Source: Alphaproteobacteria bacterium
Lineage (GTDB): Bacteria > Pseudomonadota > Alphaproteobacteria > UBA7985
DNA length: 64,000 nt
Assembly (NCBI GenBank): GCA_964228455.1
Contig: CAXQZM010000070.1
Location: 180-64,179 of the forward strand
Direction of reading: 5' to 3'
The translations under genes and the position numbers were made by a program. Position 1 is the stretch's first letter. Each line of letters opens with the position of its first letter. The notes beneath the pieces are model-generated. The model made no database searches and was not told the DNA's origin. It worked only from the letters and a program-made list of their open reading frames with translations. This document shows, piece by piece, positions 48,951 to 56,881 of the stretch.

Positions 48951-49724
48951 ATGCAGTTTAGTTTTCGAGCTTCAATGGCCTTAACTTTGATTTGCTGTGG
49001 AAATCTTGCAGTTGCACAGTCACAAGCACTCACGCCAGGTGCGGCGGCCATCGGCGGTACAACAACCAGTACTCAGTTAATTGGACCAGGAGGATCCTTG
49101 GTTCCGATTAGAGCCGCTCCCAATGCAGAGGACACTTCTCAGACCTCTACTCAAATAACCACAGGTGAAAGTAGCCTTCGCAGCTCCGATCAAAGTGAAC
49201 CAGTAGTGCTCCCAGCTGATCGGACTCAAGAAGCTACTGCTACTGAAACATCTGAACAAACGAGTGCACCAGAGAAAATTGAAGAGCCAAAAACTGTAGA
49301 AACAAGCATCCCTCAACCTCCTGAGAACGCCGAGACATCGCAAATTACGGCAGGCGCCACGCCAACGACCGCACCAGCAGCTGAAGATGATGAGGCAGGC
49401 GCGCTAAACCCTATTAATACTTTCGAACCAGCCCGCCTTGATTTTGGTAACGAGGGTATTGCATTAACAGCTCAACACGAAATTGCTCTTGACCCAATTG
49501 CAGCTCTTATGAGAGCAAATCCACTTATGCCGCTCCAAATCATTGCGGTGCTGCCACTCTCCGAAGCAACAAGCGACGAGGCAAAACAGAAAGCACGGAG
49601 AAGAATACTTGCTGTTCGAAGCAATCTAATTTCACGTGGGCTTAGCGCAGATAATCTGACATTTGTAATATCCGCCAATACAGAGTCGGAGCCTTTTGCT
49701 AACTTTATCCTTATTGAACGCTAA
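48951..49724 (+). CDS. Secreted protein with Ser/Thr/Glu/Pro-rich linker and degenerate OmpA-like C-terminal domain
   Basis: Signal peptide MQFSFRASMALTLICCGNLAVA-QS, then about 110 aa of low-complexity T/S/E/P-rich sequence. The C-terminal 100 aa (ARLDFGNEGIALT...ILAVRSNLISRGLSADNLTF) follows the OmpA C-domain spacing but lacks the GHTD core motif. Start set at the ATG 48951, preceded by GAGGGGAG. The stop overlaps the next gene (TAATG). Confidence 0.55.
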   Translation: MQFSFRASMALTLICCGNLAVAQSQALTPGAAAIGGTTTSTQLIGPGGSLVPIRAAPNAEDTSQTSTQITTGESSLRSSDQSEPVVLPADRTQEATATETSEQTSAPEKIEEPKTVETSIPQPPENAETSQITAGATPTTAPAAEDDEAGALNPINTFEPARLDFGNEGIALTAQHEIALDPIAALMRANPLMPLQIIAVLPLSEATSDEAKQKARRRILAVRSNLISRGLSADNLTFVISANTESEPFANFILIER

Positions 49725-50836
49725 TGATCATACTTGCCCGCCCACTCATTTTAATATTCATCGCACTAGCTGCGCTTTTAACGATTTTAAGTCTTCAGTT
49801 CGGTCCAATTAGCGCATTTTTCGCAGAAAATTTGGTGATAAATAGCCTGATTTTAGGCGTTTTCATAATTGGGCTATTTTTATCATTCTGGCGGCTTTCA
49901 GCTCTTGCATTCGAAATTACTTGGATCGATCGGATTAGAAATGCCACACAAGCCAGCGATGCAGATGAATTAGCTGGCCCTAGGGTAGTTGCGCGCCTGC
50001 ATATGCTTGCGGCATTTGCAAATGTCTGGCGCCGATTTTTTGATTCCAGTCAAGCTCTAACCCCCGATCTCGCAACAACTTTAGTTGACTCGGCCCAAAA
50101 TCGACTTGATGAGCGAAGAGAGCTCTCTCGCTACCTTGCTAATGCCTTGCTAATTCTAGGTTTGCTAGGAACTTTCTGGGGTCTTCTTGGTGCATTAATT
50201 GGAATGCGTGAGGCACTTGGAAATCTCGATGCTCAACAAGATTTCTTTACGGGTCTATCTAGCTCGCTGTCAGCGCCTTTAGAAAGCATGGGCACTGCGT
50301 TTTCATCTACCTTATTTGGTCTGGCTGCTTCGCTTTTGTTTGGGTTCATTGAACTTCAGACCACTCGCGCGCATTCTGCATTTTTGGAAAATTTTGAAGC
50401 CTGGCTTGCTACTTTTATGCAGACAACAGAACTTGCTTCAGATGACAACAAACATCCGATGTCAGCAAAACCGCGTCCATCGATAGAGCCAAATGCAAAT
50501 ATAGAGACGCTTGGTCACCTAATGCGGCGGGGTCAGCAAGATACTATGGTCTTGAACAATAACCTCGTGAGTCTTTTAGATCAGATAACTCGCGTTGCTG
50601 ATAAAGTAGAAGCAAACCACCTAGTTCACGAAAAGATACTCTCATCTCAGATGACTAATGAGCAGCTTATTGATAAAATTGAGGTTTTAGTGGATACTTT
50701 GACAATAGAAAAACAAACAGATTCTTTATCGGGCATTGATAATAGGATTGTAGCAACTGCAGAAAGCATAGAGCCAAACGATTACAAAGATCCCGCAGAT
50801 GATGCTGCCGCGGACTCGAGTAAAGACGAAAGTTAG
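49724..50836 (+). CDS. MotA/TolQ/ExbB-family proton-channel protein with C-terminal hydrophilic tail
   Basis: Four TM segments. TM3 contains LGLLGTFWGLLGALIGM, the MotA_ExbB signature. A C-terminal stretch of about 140 aa is polar and coiled-coil-like. Confidence 0.7.
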   Translation: MIILARPLILIFIALAALLTILSLQFGPISAFFAENLVINSLILGVFIIGLFLSFWRLSALAFEITWIDRIRNATQASDADELAGPRVVARLHMLAAFANVWRRFFDSSQALTPDLATTLVDSAQNRLDERRELSRYLANALLILGLLGTFWGLLGALIGMREALGNLDAQQDFFTGLSSSLSAPLESMGTAFSSTLFGLAASLLFGFIELQTTRAHSAFLENFEAWLATFMQTTELASDDNKHPMSAKPRPSIEPNANIETLGHLMRRGQQDTMVLNNNLVSLLDQITRVADKVEANHLVHEKILSSQMTNEQLIDKIEVLVDTLTIEKQTDSLSGIDNRIVATAESIEPNDYKDPADDAAADSSKDES

Positions 50837-50842
50837 GCTACC

Positions 50843-52033
50843 GTGGCGCGGAGACGCAGCATCAATGGGGAGCTTAATGTTTGGCCTGCTTTTGTGGATG
50901 TCCTCGCGACACTACTTCTCGTCATTATTCTATTGGTGCTAGCAGTTACGCTTACTCAATTTTATACAGCAAATCGGGCTTCCGGATTAGAGCGTATAGG
51001 AGATCAACTCAGCGATCAGCTAGAGCAGCGAGTAAGACAATTAACCGCATTACAACAGGAACGTGAGAGCCTAATTCGAGAAGGGGATGACCTTAGAAGT
51101 AATGTGGGTGAGTTAACTTATCAGGTGAACACACAGTCAAATGAAATAGACGAACTCCAGATTCTACGCGATCAATTATTTGCCCAAATTGCTCTTCAAG
51201 CTGATGAACTTAACGTTCTGAAGAGTGAGCAAATAGAGTTGACCAATAATAGCGAAGCAGCTGAGAAAGCGGTGGAAGATCTTCTGCTTAAACTTGCTGA
51301 AATAGAAGGCGGGGATGTTGATCTTGAAGGCGGCTTGCTAACTGTATTAGGACAAATGGACGATAAACTAGAACGACTGCTTAACGTTCTTTCGAATGCA
51401 GAGAGGGAACGCAAAAATGCGGAAAATCAGCGCGCAGCCGCAGAAAATGAACTTGCAGAACTTGATGCCAATAACTTTATCCTTCTTGCCGAAAATGAGG
51501 GCTTAAGAGCTAATTTAGAAACGCTAAGCTTAAGCGAGAGGCTTAACGACTCATTGCTTATAGAAGCGGAGGAACTTGGTCGCCAGCGCTCCGCTTTCTT
51601 CGCTAATTTGATTGAAGTATTAGGGGAGCGTGATGATGTCTCAGTTGTTGGTGATCGATTTGTCTTCCAATCCGAGGTTTTGTTTGATTCTGGCTCTGCC
51701 AGGCTAGGAATTAGTGGTGAAGCACAACTTACACGCCTTGCTGAAACGATAATGTCTTTAGCCTCAGACTTCCCATCTGACTGGATTTTAAGAGTTGATG
51801 GCCATACCGATGCAAGACCCATTTCGCCTAGTTCTAGAAGCCGTTATCAGAATAACTGGCAGCTTAGTTCAGAGCGGGCTCGTTCTGTTGTAGAGTCACT
51901 AATTGCACAAGGGGTGCCACCAAACCGGCTTGTTGCAGCTGGCTTTGGAGAGCACCAACCCCTAATCGATGAAGACACCCCAGAAGCTTTAGCTAAAAAT
52001 CGTCGTATTGAGCTCAAACTAACAACGCGATGA
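50843..52033 (+). CDS. MotB-like protein with long coiled-coil linker and C-terminal OmpA peptidoglycan-binding domain
   Basis: N-terminal TM with MotB/TolR-type Asp (WPAFVDVLATLLLVIILL). About 230 aa of heptad-like Leu/Glu/Gln-rich sequence. OmpA domain with FQSEVLFDSGSARL...RVDGHTDARP...NWQLSSERARSV...NRRIEL. Confidence 0.7.
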   Translation: MARRRSINGELNVWPAFVDVLATLLLVIILLVLAVTLTQFYTANRASGLERIGDQLSDQLEQRVRQLTALQQERESLIREGDDLRSNVGELTYQVNTQSNEIDELQILRDQLFAQIALQADELNVLKSEQIELTNNSEAAEKAVEDLLLKLAEIEGGDVDLEGGLLTVLGQMDDKLERLLNVLSNAERERKNAENQRAAAENELAELDANNFILLAENEGLRANLETLSLSERLNDSLLIEAEELGRQRSAFFANLIEVLGERDDVSVVGDRFVFQSEVLFDSGSARLGISGEAQLTRLAETIMSLASDFPSDWILRVDGHTDARPISPSSRSRYQNNWQLSSERARSVVESLIAQGVPPNRLVAAGFGEHQPLIDEDTPEALAKNRRIELKLTTR

Positions 52034-52067
52034 AGTCTTACACATCCTACAATTTTTTCGGAGCGAG

Positions 52068-52658
52068 CTAAGCTTCCTTTCGCCCGCGCAAAGCGCTGGC
52101 CAAAGTGCCTTCATCCAAATACTCAACTGCTCCGCCTACTGGCAAACCCTGCGCCAACTTAGTAATTTTCAAGCCGCTTGCCTTCAGTAAATCCTGAATA
52201 AAATGCGCGGTCGACTGTCCTTCTACAGTCGCTGATAATGCTAGAATCACTTCTTTGAGGTCTCCGCGGCTAACGCGTTGTTTTAGGGATTCAGTACTCA
52301 GCAAGTCCGGTGTCACCCCATCTAACGCAGAAAGCCGACCCCCTAGAACATGGTAAAGTCCCTTATAGGTTTGCGCTCTCTCCAAAGCCCAAACGTCCGC
52401 AACCTGCTCAACAACACACACAATGCCTACGTCGCGCCCGATATCTCGGCACACACGGCAAACTGATGCAGAATCTAGGTTACCGCACTCAATACAGGGT
52501 TGAACATCGTTCGCAACTCGAGCCAGTGTGCTGGCCAAAGGCATCATTAAGTCGGTTTTCCGCTGGAGCAAGTTAAGCGCCATCCTCCTTGCCGACCGAG
52601 GGCCAACCCCTGGCAACCTAGATAATAGGTTTATAAGTTCATCTATCTGAGAGATCAA
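52068..52658 (-). CDS. recR: Recombination protein RecR
   Basis: Helix-hairpin-helix LPGVGPRSARRMA, C4 zinc finger CIECGNL...CRVC, and a Toprim domain. 196 aa. Confidence 0.9.
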   Translation of the reverse strand: MISQIDELINLLSRLPGVGPRSARRMALNLLQRKTDLMMPLASTLARVANDVQPCIECGNLDSASVCRVCRDIGRDVGIVCVVEQVADVWALERAQTYKGLYHVLGGRLSALDGVTPDLLSTESLKQRVSRGDLKEVILALSATVEGQSTAHFIQDLLKASGLKITKLAQGLPVGGAVEYLDEGTLASALRGRKEA

Positions 52659-52661
52659 AAT

Positions 52662-52994
52662 CTAGAATCCTAGCCCACCGGGTAGTTTGAGACCGCCTGT
52701 GATTGACTGCATTGAGTCGGCAGCTACTTGTTCAGCTTTTTTCTGCGCATCATTCACAGCCGCTACGATTAGATCTTGAAGCATATCAGGATCCTCTGGA
52801 TCAATAAGAGATGAATCAATTTTAAGAGCCTTAAGTGCGCCTTTGCCGGTGGAAGTTGCCTCCACTAAACCGCCACCTGAGTTTCCTGTTACCTCGAGCT
52901 CATCTAATTTCTCTTGAGCTTCCTGCATTTTAGCCTGCATTTGCTGCGCTTGCTTCATCATTGCCTGCATATTTTTCATTGAAGGGTTCTCCAT
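52662..52994 (-). CDS. ybaB: Nucleoid-associated protein YbaB/EbfC
   Basis: MQAMMKQAQQMQAKMQEAQEKL N-terminus typical of the YbaB family. 110 aa. Immediately upstream of recR. Confidence 0.9.
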   Translation of the reverse strand: MENPSMKNMQAMMKQAQQMQAKMQEAQEKLDELEVTGNSGGGLVEATSTGKGALKALKIDSSLIDPEDPDMLQDLIVAAVNDAQKKAEQVAADSMQSITGGLKLPGGLGF

Positions 52995-53039
52995 TTAATC
53001 TTTGTAGTCGACGTAAGGGATTTGTAGCTCGAAGAAAAG

Positions 53040-53114
53040 TGGCTGGCGCGGCAGGATTCGAACCTGCAATCTACGGTACCAAAAACCGGTGCCTTACCAT
53101 TGGGCCACGCGCCA
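53040..53114 (-). tRNA. tRNA-Gln (anticodon TTG)
   Basis: Minus strand reads UGGCGCGUGGCCCAAUGGUAAGGCACCGGUUUUUGGUACCGUAGAUUGCAGGUUCGAAUCCUGCCGCGCCAGCCA. It is near-identical in its core (AAGGCACCGGUUUUUG.UACCG) to E. coli tRNA-Gln(UUG). Acceptor pairs UGGCGCG/CGCGCCA. CCA is encoded. Confidence 0.8.
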
Positions 53115-53198
53115 TTAGCCGAGGGCTGGGCTTTACCGAGGTGCTTCAGCGCTTTCAAGTGGCATTTATACCTGAATCTATCTTATGACTAACTATCG

Positions 53199-53786
53199 AT
53201 GTTTACTTGGATTAATACCTCTCAAAATTGGCGTGTCCCACATATTTCATTAGCCGCAAACGATGAAATCTATCTCCGCCCGTTTGTTTATGAAGATACC
53301 TTAGCATATCAGCAGGAGATAAACCTGACATTAAGCGCGCCCGAGACGCCCAAATATATGTTAACCTTTCCGCAACCATTCTATCGTCGCCATGCTCGGG
53401 CACGTATAAGCCAAACACATCAATGGCTTCGAGAAGACAGGGGATGGTCATTAGCCCTAATTTACAAGGGTAATCTTGCGGGACAGATGCAGATTATTTG
53501 TGGTCTTCCAAGTCGCCGCCGCGCAGAAGTTTCCTATTGGCTAAGTCCAACTTATCGCCGTATTGGCTTAGCACGCAAGGGAGTTAGCGCCTTAATTAAA
53601 GCGGCACAAAAACAATGGCCAGTCGATCAAATCGAAGCCACTGTGGTTCCTGGCAATTCAGAATCCATCGCGCTTCTGAAAGACCTAGGGTTCACGCAAC
53701 AAGAAATAGCTCCAGTTTCATATCGAGTGCAAGGTCAGTGGCGAAGAAAATGGGCTGATCTGGAAATATTTAGACTAGAAGGATGA
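53199..53786 (+). CDS. GNAT-family N-acetyltransferase (RimJ/RimL-like)
   Basis: Acetyl-CoA binding region RRIGLARKGVSALIKAA (the Q/RxxGxG/A motif) and the overall RimL-like length of 195 aa. Confidence 0.75.
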   Translation: MFTWINTSQNWRVPHISLAANDEIYLRPFVYEDTLAYQQEINLTLSAPETPKYMLTFPQPFYRRHARARISQTHQWLREDRGWSLALIYKGNLAGQMQIICGLPSRRRAEVSYWLSPTYRRIGLARKGVSALIKAAQKQWPVDQIEATVVPGNSESIALLKDLGFTQQEIAPVSYRVQGQWRRKWADLEIFRLEG

Positions 53787-54193
53787 GCGGTATGAAGAAA
53801 AAGGTCATTAAATCTGATGCTGAATGGAGAGCGCATCTCTCACCTGAGGCATATCGTGTAATGCGAAAACAAGGAACCGAGCATCCAGGAAGTTCCCCTC
53901 TCAACCATATAATTAGCTCGGGTCGTTTTCATTGCGCAGGCTGCGGAAGTCCTTTGTTTGATTCCGCCACCAAATATGAAAGTGGGTCAGGGTGGCCATC
54001 TTTCTATGCTCCTATTTCCGAAGATGCCGTAAGCACACAGACTGATAACAGTTACTTCATGACTCGTAATGAGGTACATTGCAGTCATTGTAAAGGCCAC
54101 CTTGGTCATGTTTTCCCCGATGGGCCACAGCCCACTGGAATGCGTTACTGTATGAACGGAGTGGCATTAGAATTTATACCTGAAACTGAATAG
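53783..54193 (+). CDS. msrB: Peptide-methionine (R)-S-oxide reductase
   Basis: Two CxxC zinc pairs (CAGCGSPLF... and CSHCKGHLGHVF) and the GWPSF motif. 136 aa. Confidence 0.9.
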   Translation: MSGMKKKVIKSDAEWRAHLSPEAYRVMRKQGTEHPGSSPLNHIISSGRFHCAGCGSPLFDSATKYESGSGWPSFYAPISEDAVSTQTDNSYFMTRNEVHCSHCKGHLGHVFPDGPQPTGMRYCMNGVALEFIPETE

Positions 54194-54245
54194 CCTCATA
54201 TGGTTACCTACTTATGAAGGATATAAAAACGCTCCCTATTAGATA

Positions 54246-54278
54246 GCCCTTGAAAGACTTTTTTTGAATCACCATTTC
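54246..54278 (+). promoter_or_regulatory. Sigma-32 (RpoH)-type heat-shock promoter upstream of ibpA
   Basis: CCCTTGAA (-35, identical to the E. coli sigma-32 consensus core), a 16-nt spacer, then CACCATTT (approximating CCCCATnT). Located about 110 nt before the ibpA start. Confidence 0.45.
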
Positions 54279-54389
54279 TTAGTCACTGAATGATGCTAGC
54301 CTGCCGAATGAGGGGGTTACGCATCGGGCAGTGGGCGCCAAATTTTTGGGTCCGTTATTAATGTCGCTTTAGAAAAAAGGATATGAACT

Positions 54390-54869
54390 ATGCCGACTTA
54401 TGACTTTACTCCACTATTCCGCACAGCCGTTGGGTTCGATCGAATGAGCAAATTGGCTGATCGAGCACTTCGTATGGATGAACAAGCTAGCGCTTATCCT
54501 CCATATAATATCGAGAAAGTGTCAGAAGATGACTACAGAATCACTATGGCAGTTGCTGGTTTTGGAGATTCCGAAATAGATATAACGGTGCAAGAACACG
54601 TGCTAATCGTAAAAGCAAAGAAACAAAAAGCAGAGGACCAGTCTGATGCAAATTCGGTTTTTCTGCATCGTGGCATTGCCAATCGCTCCTTCGAACGTCG
54701 TTTCCAGCTAGCCGACCACATACAGGTCACAGATGCGCGCCTTCAGAATGGGCTGCTTCATATCGACTTGCTCCGTGAAGTCCCTGAGGCACTCAAACCA
54801 AGAAAAATTGAGATTAGCCAAACCTCTAAGGGTTCAAAATCACGGGTGATTGAGAGCCAAGCAGCTTAA
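54390..54869 (+). CDS. ibpA: Small heat-shock protein (Hsp20/IbpA family)
   Basis: Alpha-crystallin domain PPYNIEKVSEDDYRITMAVAGFGDSEIDITVQEHVLIV. 159 aa. Confidence 0.85.
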   Translation: MPTYDFTPLFRTAVGFDRMSKLADRALRMDEQASAYPPYNIEKVSEDDYRITMAVAGFGDSEIDITVQEHVLIVKAKKQKAEDQSDANSVFLHRGIANRSFERRFQLADHIQVTDARLQNGLLHIDLLREVPEALKPRKIEISQTSKGSKSRVIESQAA

Positions 54870-54890
54870 ACAAAGAGCACTATGATCAAG

Positions 54891-54917
54891 GAGGGAGCTC
54901 TAAAGCTCCCTTTTTTA
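54891..54917 (+). terminator. Rho-independent terminator after ibpA
   Basis: Sequence GGGAGCTctaaAGCTCCCtttttt. A 7-bp GC-rich stem followed by T6. Confidence 0.65.
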
Positions 54918-54987
54918 CCCCGGGCTTAGCCAACCAGCAAGATTGACCATTACGCACAGCCAAAGTGGACACCAATATATTGCTACC

Positions 54988-56799
54988 TTACTTTGTAGCT
55001 AACTCTTCTAGTTCCAACCACTCTAATTCGGAAGAATCCAAAGCTTTTGTCAAAGTTTCATGAGCCTCAGTAACTTGCGAAAATTTAATGGGATCATTTG
55101 TGTAGAGGCTAGGGTCTGAAAGTTTACGCTCTAGTGCTCTTATTTTCTTTAGCAGGTCTGATATCTCTGCGGGTAAGATCTTAAGACGTGCTGATTGAGT
55201 GAATGTCAGGCCCGATTTCTCGTTCGATCGTCTAACTTCATTTTTTTCGCTGTTCGAGCTTTTTGAAGCTTTGTGAGGCTTGACCTTTATGCCCTTGGGA
55301 ACCCACCCTCCTTGGGCGACCATATCACTAAAACCGCCAGCGAATTTTTGCAAATTACCAGACCCATCAATCAACAGTGTCGAGGTTACAACTCTGTCTA
55401 TAAAATCCCTGTCGTGTGAGACTAACAAAATAGTCCCCTCGTATTCATCTAGCATCTCTTGCATTAAATCTAAGCTCTCAATATCCAAATCATTTGTTGG
55501 CTCATCAAGGATCAACAAATTCGAGGGATTTGCTAGTTTTTTGGCAAGTAGTAGTCGATTTTTCTCCCCACCTGATAGGCCTGATATGGGGCTTCGAACT
55601 TGATCATCTCCAAATCCAAAATCACGAAGATAGGTCACAACATGTTTAGCTTTGCCTTGGACCACAATTGAGTCGCCGCCTACGTCAGCGATATAATCCC
55701 AGACTCGCTCTGAATCTTTAAGAGAGTCCCGACGTTGGTCTACCCATGTGGGTTCTAAGTTTGTACCATGTTTTATGTTTCCGGAGTCTGTCTCTTCCTC
55801 GCCCATTAGTAGCCGAATAAGTGTAGTTTTTCCTGCTCCGTTAGGACCCACCAGCCCTACGCGATCGCCACGCGAGATTCTCAGATTAAAAGGCTTGAAA
55901 AGGGTCCGATTTCCAAAAACCTTCGAGATATTAAAAGCTTCGATAACGCGCTTGCCACTAACTTGCCCTTGGTCAAGTTCGATTTTCATTACGCGCTCTT
56001 GTCGTTGATTGATGCGTCTTTGTTCTCTTAAATCGCCCAAACGACGGAGACGACCCATATTCCGCCTTCTCCGCCCAGAAATTCCCTCAACAGACCAAAC
56101 TCGTTCCTGCTCAATGAGCCGATCTAACTTGTGCTGTGCAACTTTTTCTTGCTCTATCAGTTCCAGAGACCACTCTTCAAAATAATGATAAGATTTATCG
56201 AGACGCTTAATCTTGCGTTGGTCCAACCAAAGCACACAGTTAGATAGTCGCTCGAGAAACGCACGGTCATGCGAGATGGTTAACAAGGCACCTTCATAAG
56301 CGGCTAGGCGTGCCTCTAGCCATTCAATGGCGTGGATATCTAAGTGATTAGTAGGCTCATCAAGAAGCAAGATATCGGGCTGGCTTACTAAAACTTTGAT
56401 CAAAGCCGCTTTGCGCGCTTCTCCGCCAGATAAGCTCCTAGGATCACACCCAACATTTATGCCTAACTCGTCAGCCAAAAGAGCAACTCTGTAGTCATCT
56501 ATGCTGGCCCCATCTTCGAGGCTCTCGATCATAAAGTGCCCAACTGTTTCATAACCGCTAAAGTCTGGGTCTTGATCGAGGTATGCCATGTGCACCCCAG
56601 GTTGCACCCATCTCTCTCCACCGTCGGGCTCAATAATTCCAGCAATAGTCTTGAGAAGCGTAGATTTACCTGAACCGTTGCGACCAACTAAAACAGCGCG
56701 ATCGCGCGCACCCATATGAAGCTCTAGATCTTGGAAGAGATGCGCTCGACCTAATTTGAAGGATAAATCCCGTAGAGATAGAATTGGAGGGGCGTTCAT
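54988..56799 (-). CDS. uup: ABC-F family ATPase (Uup/EttA-like)
   Basis: Two ABC cassettes (GRNGSGKSTLL and GPNGAGKTTLI, each with LSGGE signature) and a C-terminal coiled-coil/basic tail. No TM domain. 603 aa. Confidence 0.85.
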   Translation of the reverse strand: MNAPPILSLRDLSFKLGRAHLFQDLELHMGARDRAVLVGRNGSGKSTLLKTIAGIIEPDGGERWVQPGVHMAYLDQDPDFSGYETVGHFMIESLEDGASIDDYRVALLADELGINVGCDPRSLSGGEARKAALIKVLVSQPDILLLDEPTNHLDIHAIEWLEARLAAYEGALLTISHDRAFLERLSNCVLWLDQRKIKRLDKSYHYFEEWSLELIEQEKVAQHKLDRLIEQERVWSVEGISGRRRRNMGRLRRLGDLREQRRINQRQERVMKIELDQGQVSGKRVIEAFNISKVFGNRTLFKPFNLRISRGDRVGLVGPNGAGKTTLIRLLMGEEETDSGNIKHGTNLEPTWVDQRRDSLKDSERVWDYIADVGGDSIVVQGKAKHVVTYLRDFGFGDDQVRSPISGLSGGEKNRLLLAKKLANPSNLLILDEPTNDLDIESLDLMQEMLDEYEGTILLVSHDRDFIDRVVTSTLLIDGSGNLQKFAGGFSDMVAQGGWVPKGIKVKPHKASKSSNSEKNEVRRSNEKSGLTFTQSARLKILPAEISDLLKKIRALERKLSDPSLYTNDPIKFSQVTEAHETLTKALDSSELEWLELEELATK

Positions 56800-56881
56800 C
56801 GAAATTCCATGAAGGCAGACCTGTTAAACCGTCAATGATTTAATCTAGAATTATCAATCAATTTAGCGAATAAGCATCCGC

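Noticed and set aside
48951-52033. Calling the MotAB-like module a bona fide Zorya defence system
   Set aside because: No ZorC/ZorD (helicase/nuclease) or ZorE (HNH) partner is present within or next to the module. The channel tail is about 140 aa rather than several hundred. It is therefore reported only as Zorya-reminiscent and uncharacterised.
52961-53188. Two overlapping small ORFs (plus and minus) covering the tRNA-Gln locus
   Set aside because: The sequence folds into a canonical tRNA-Gln(TTG) nearly identical in core to E. coli tRNA-Gln. The ORFs are artefacts of GC-rich tRNA sequence.
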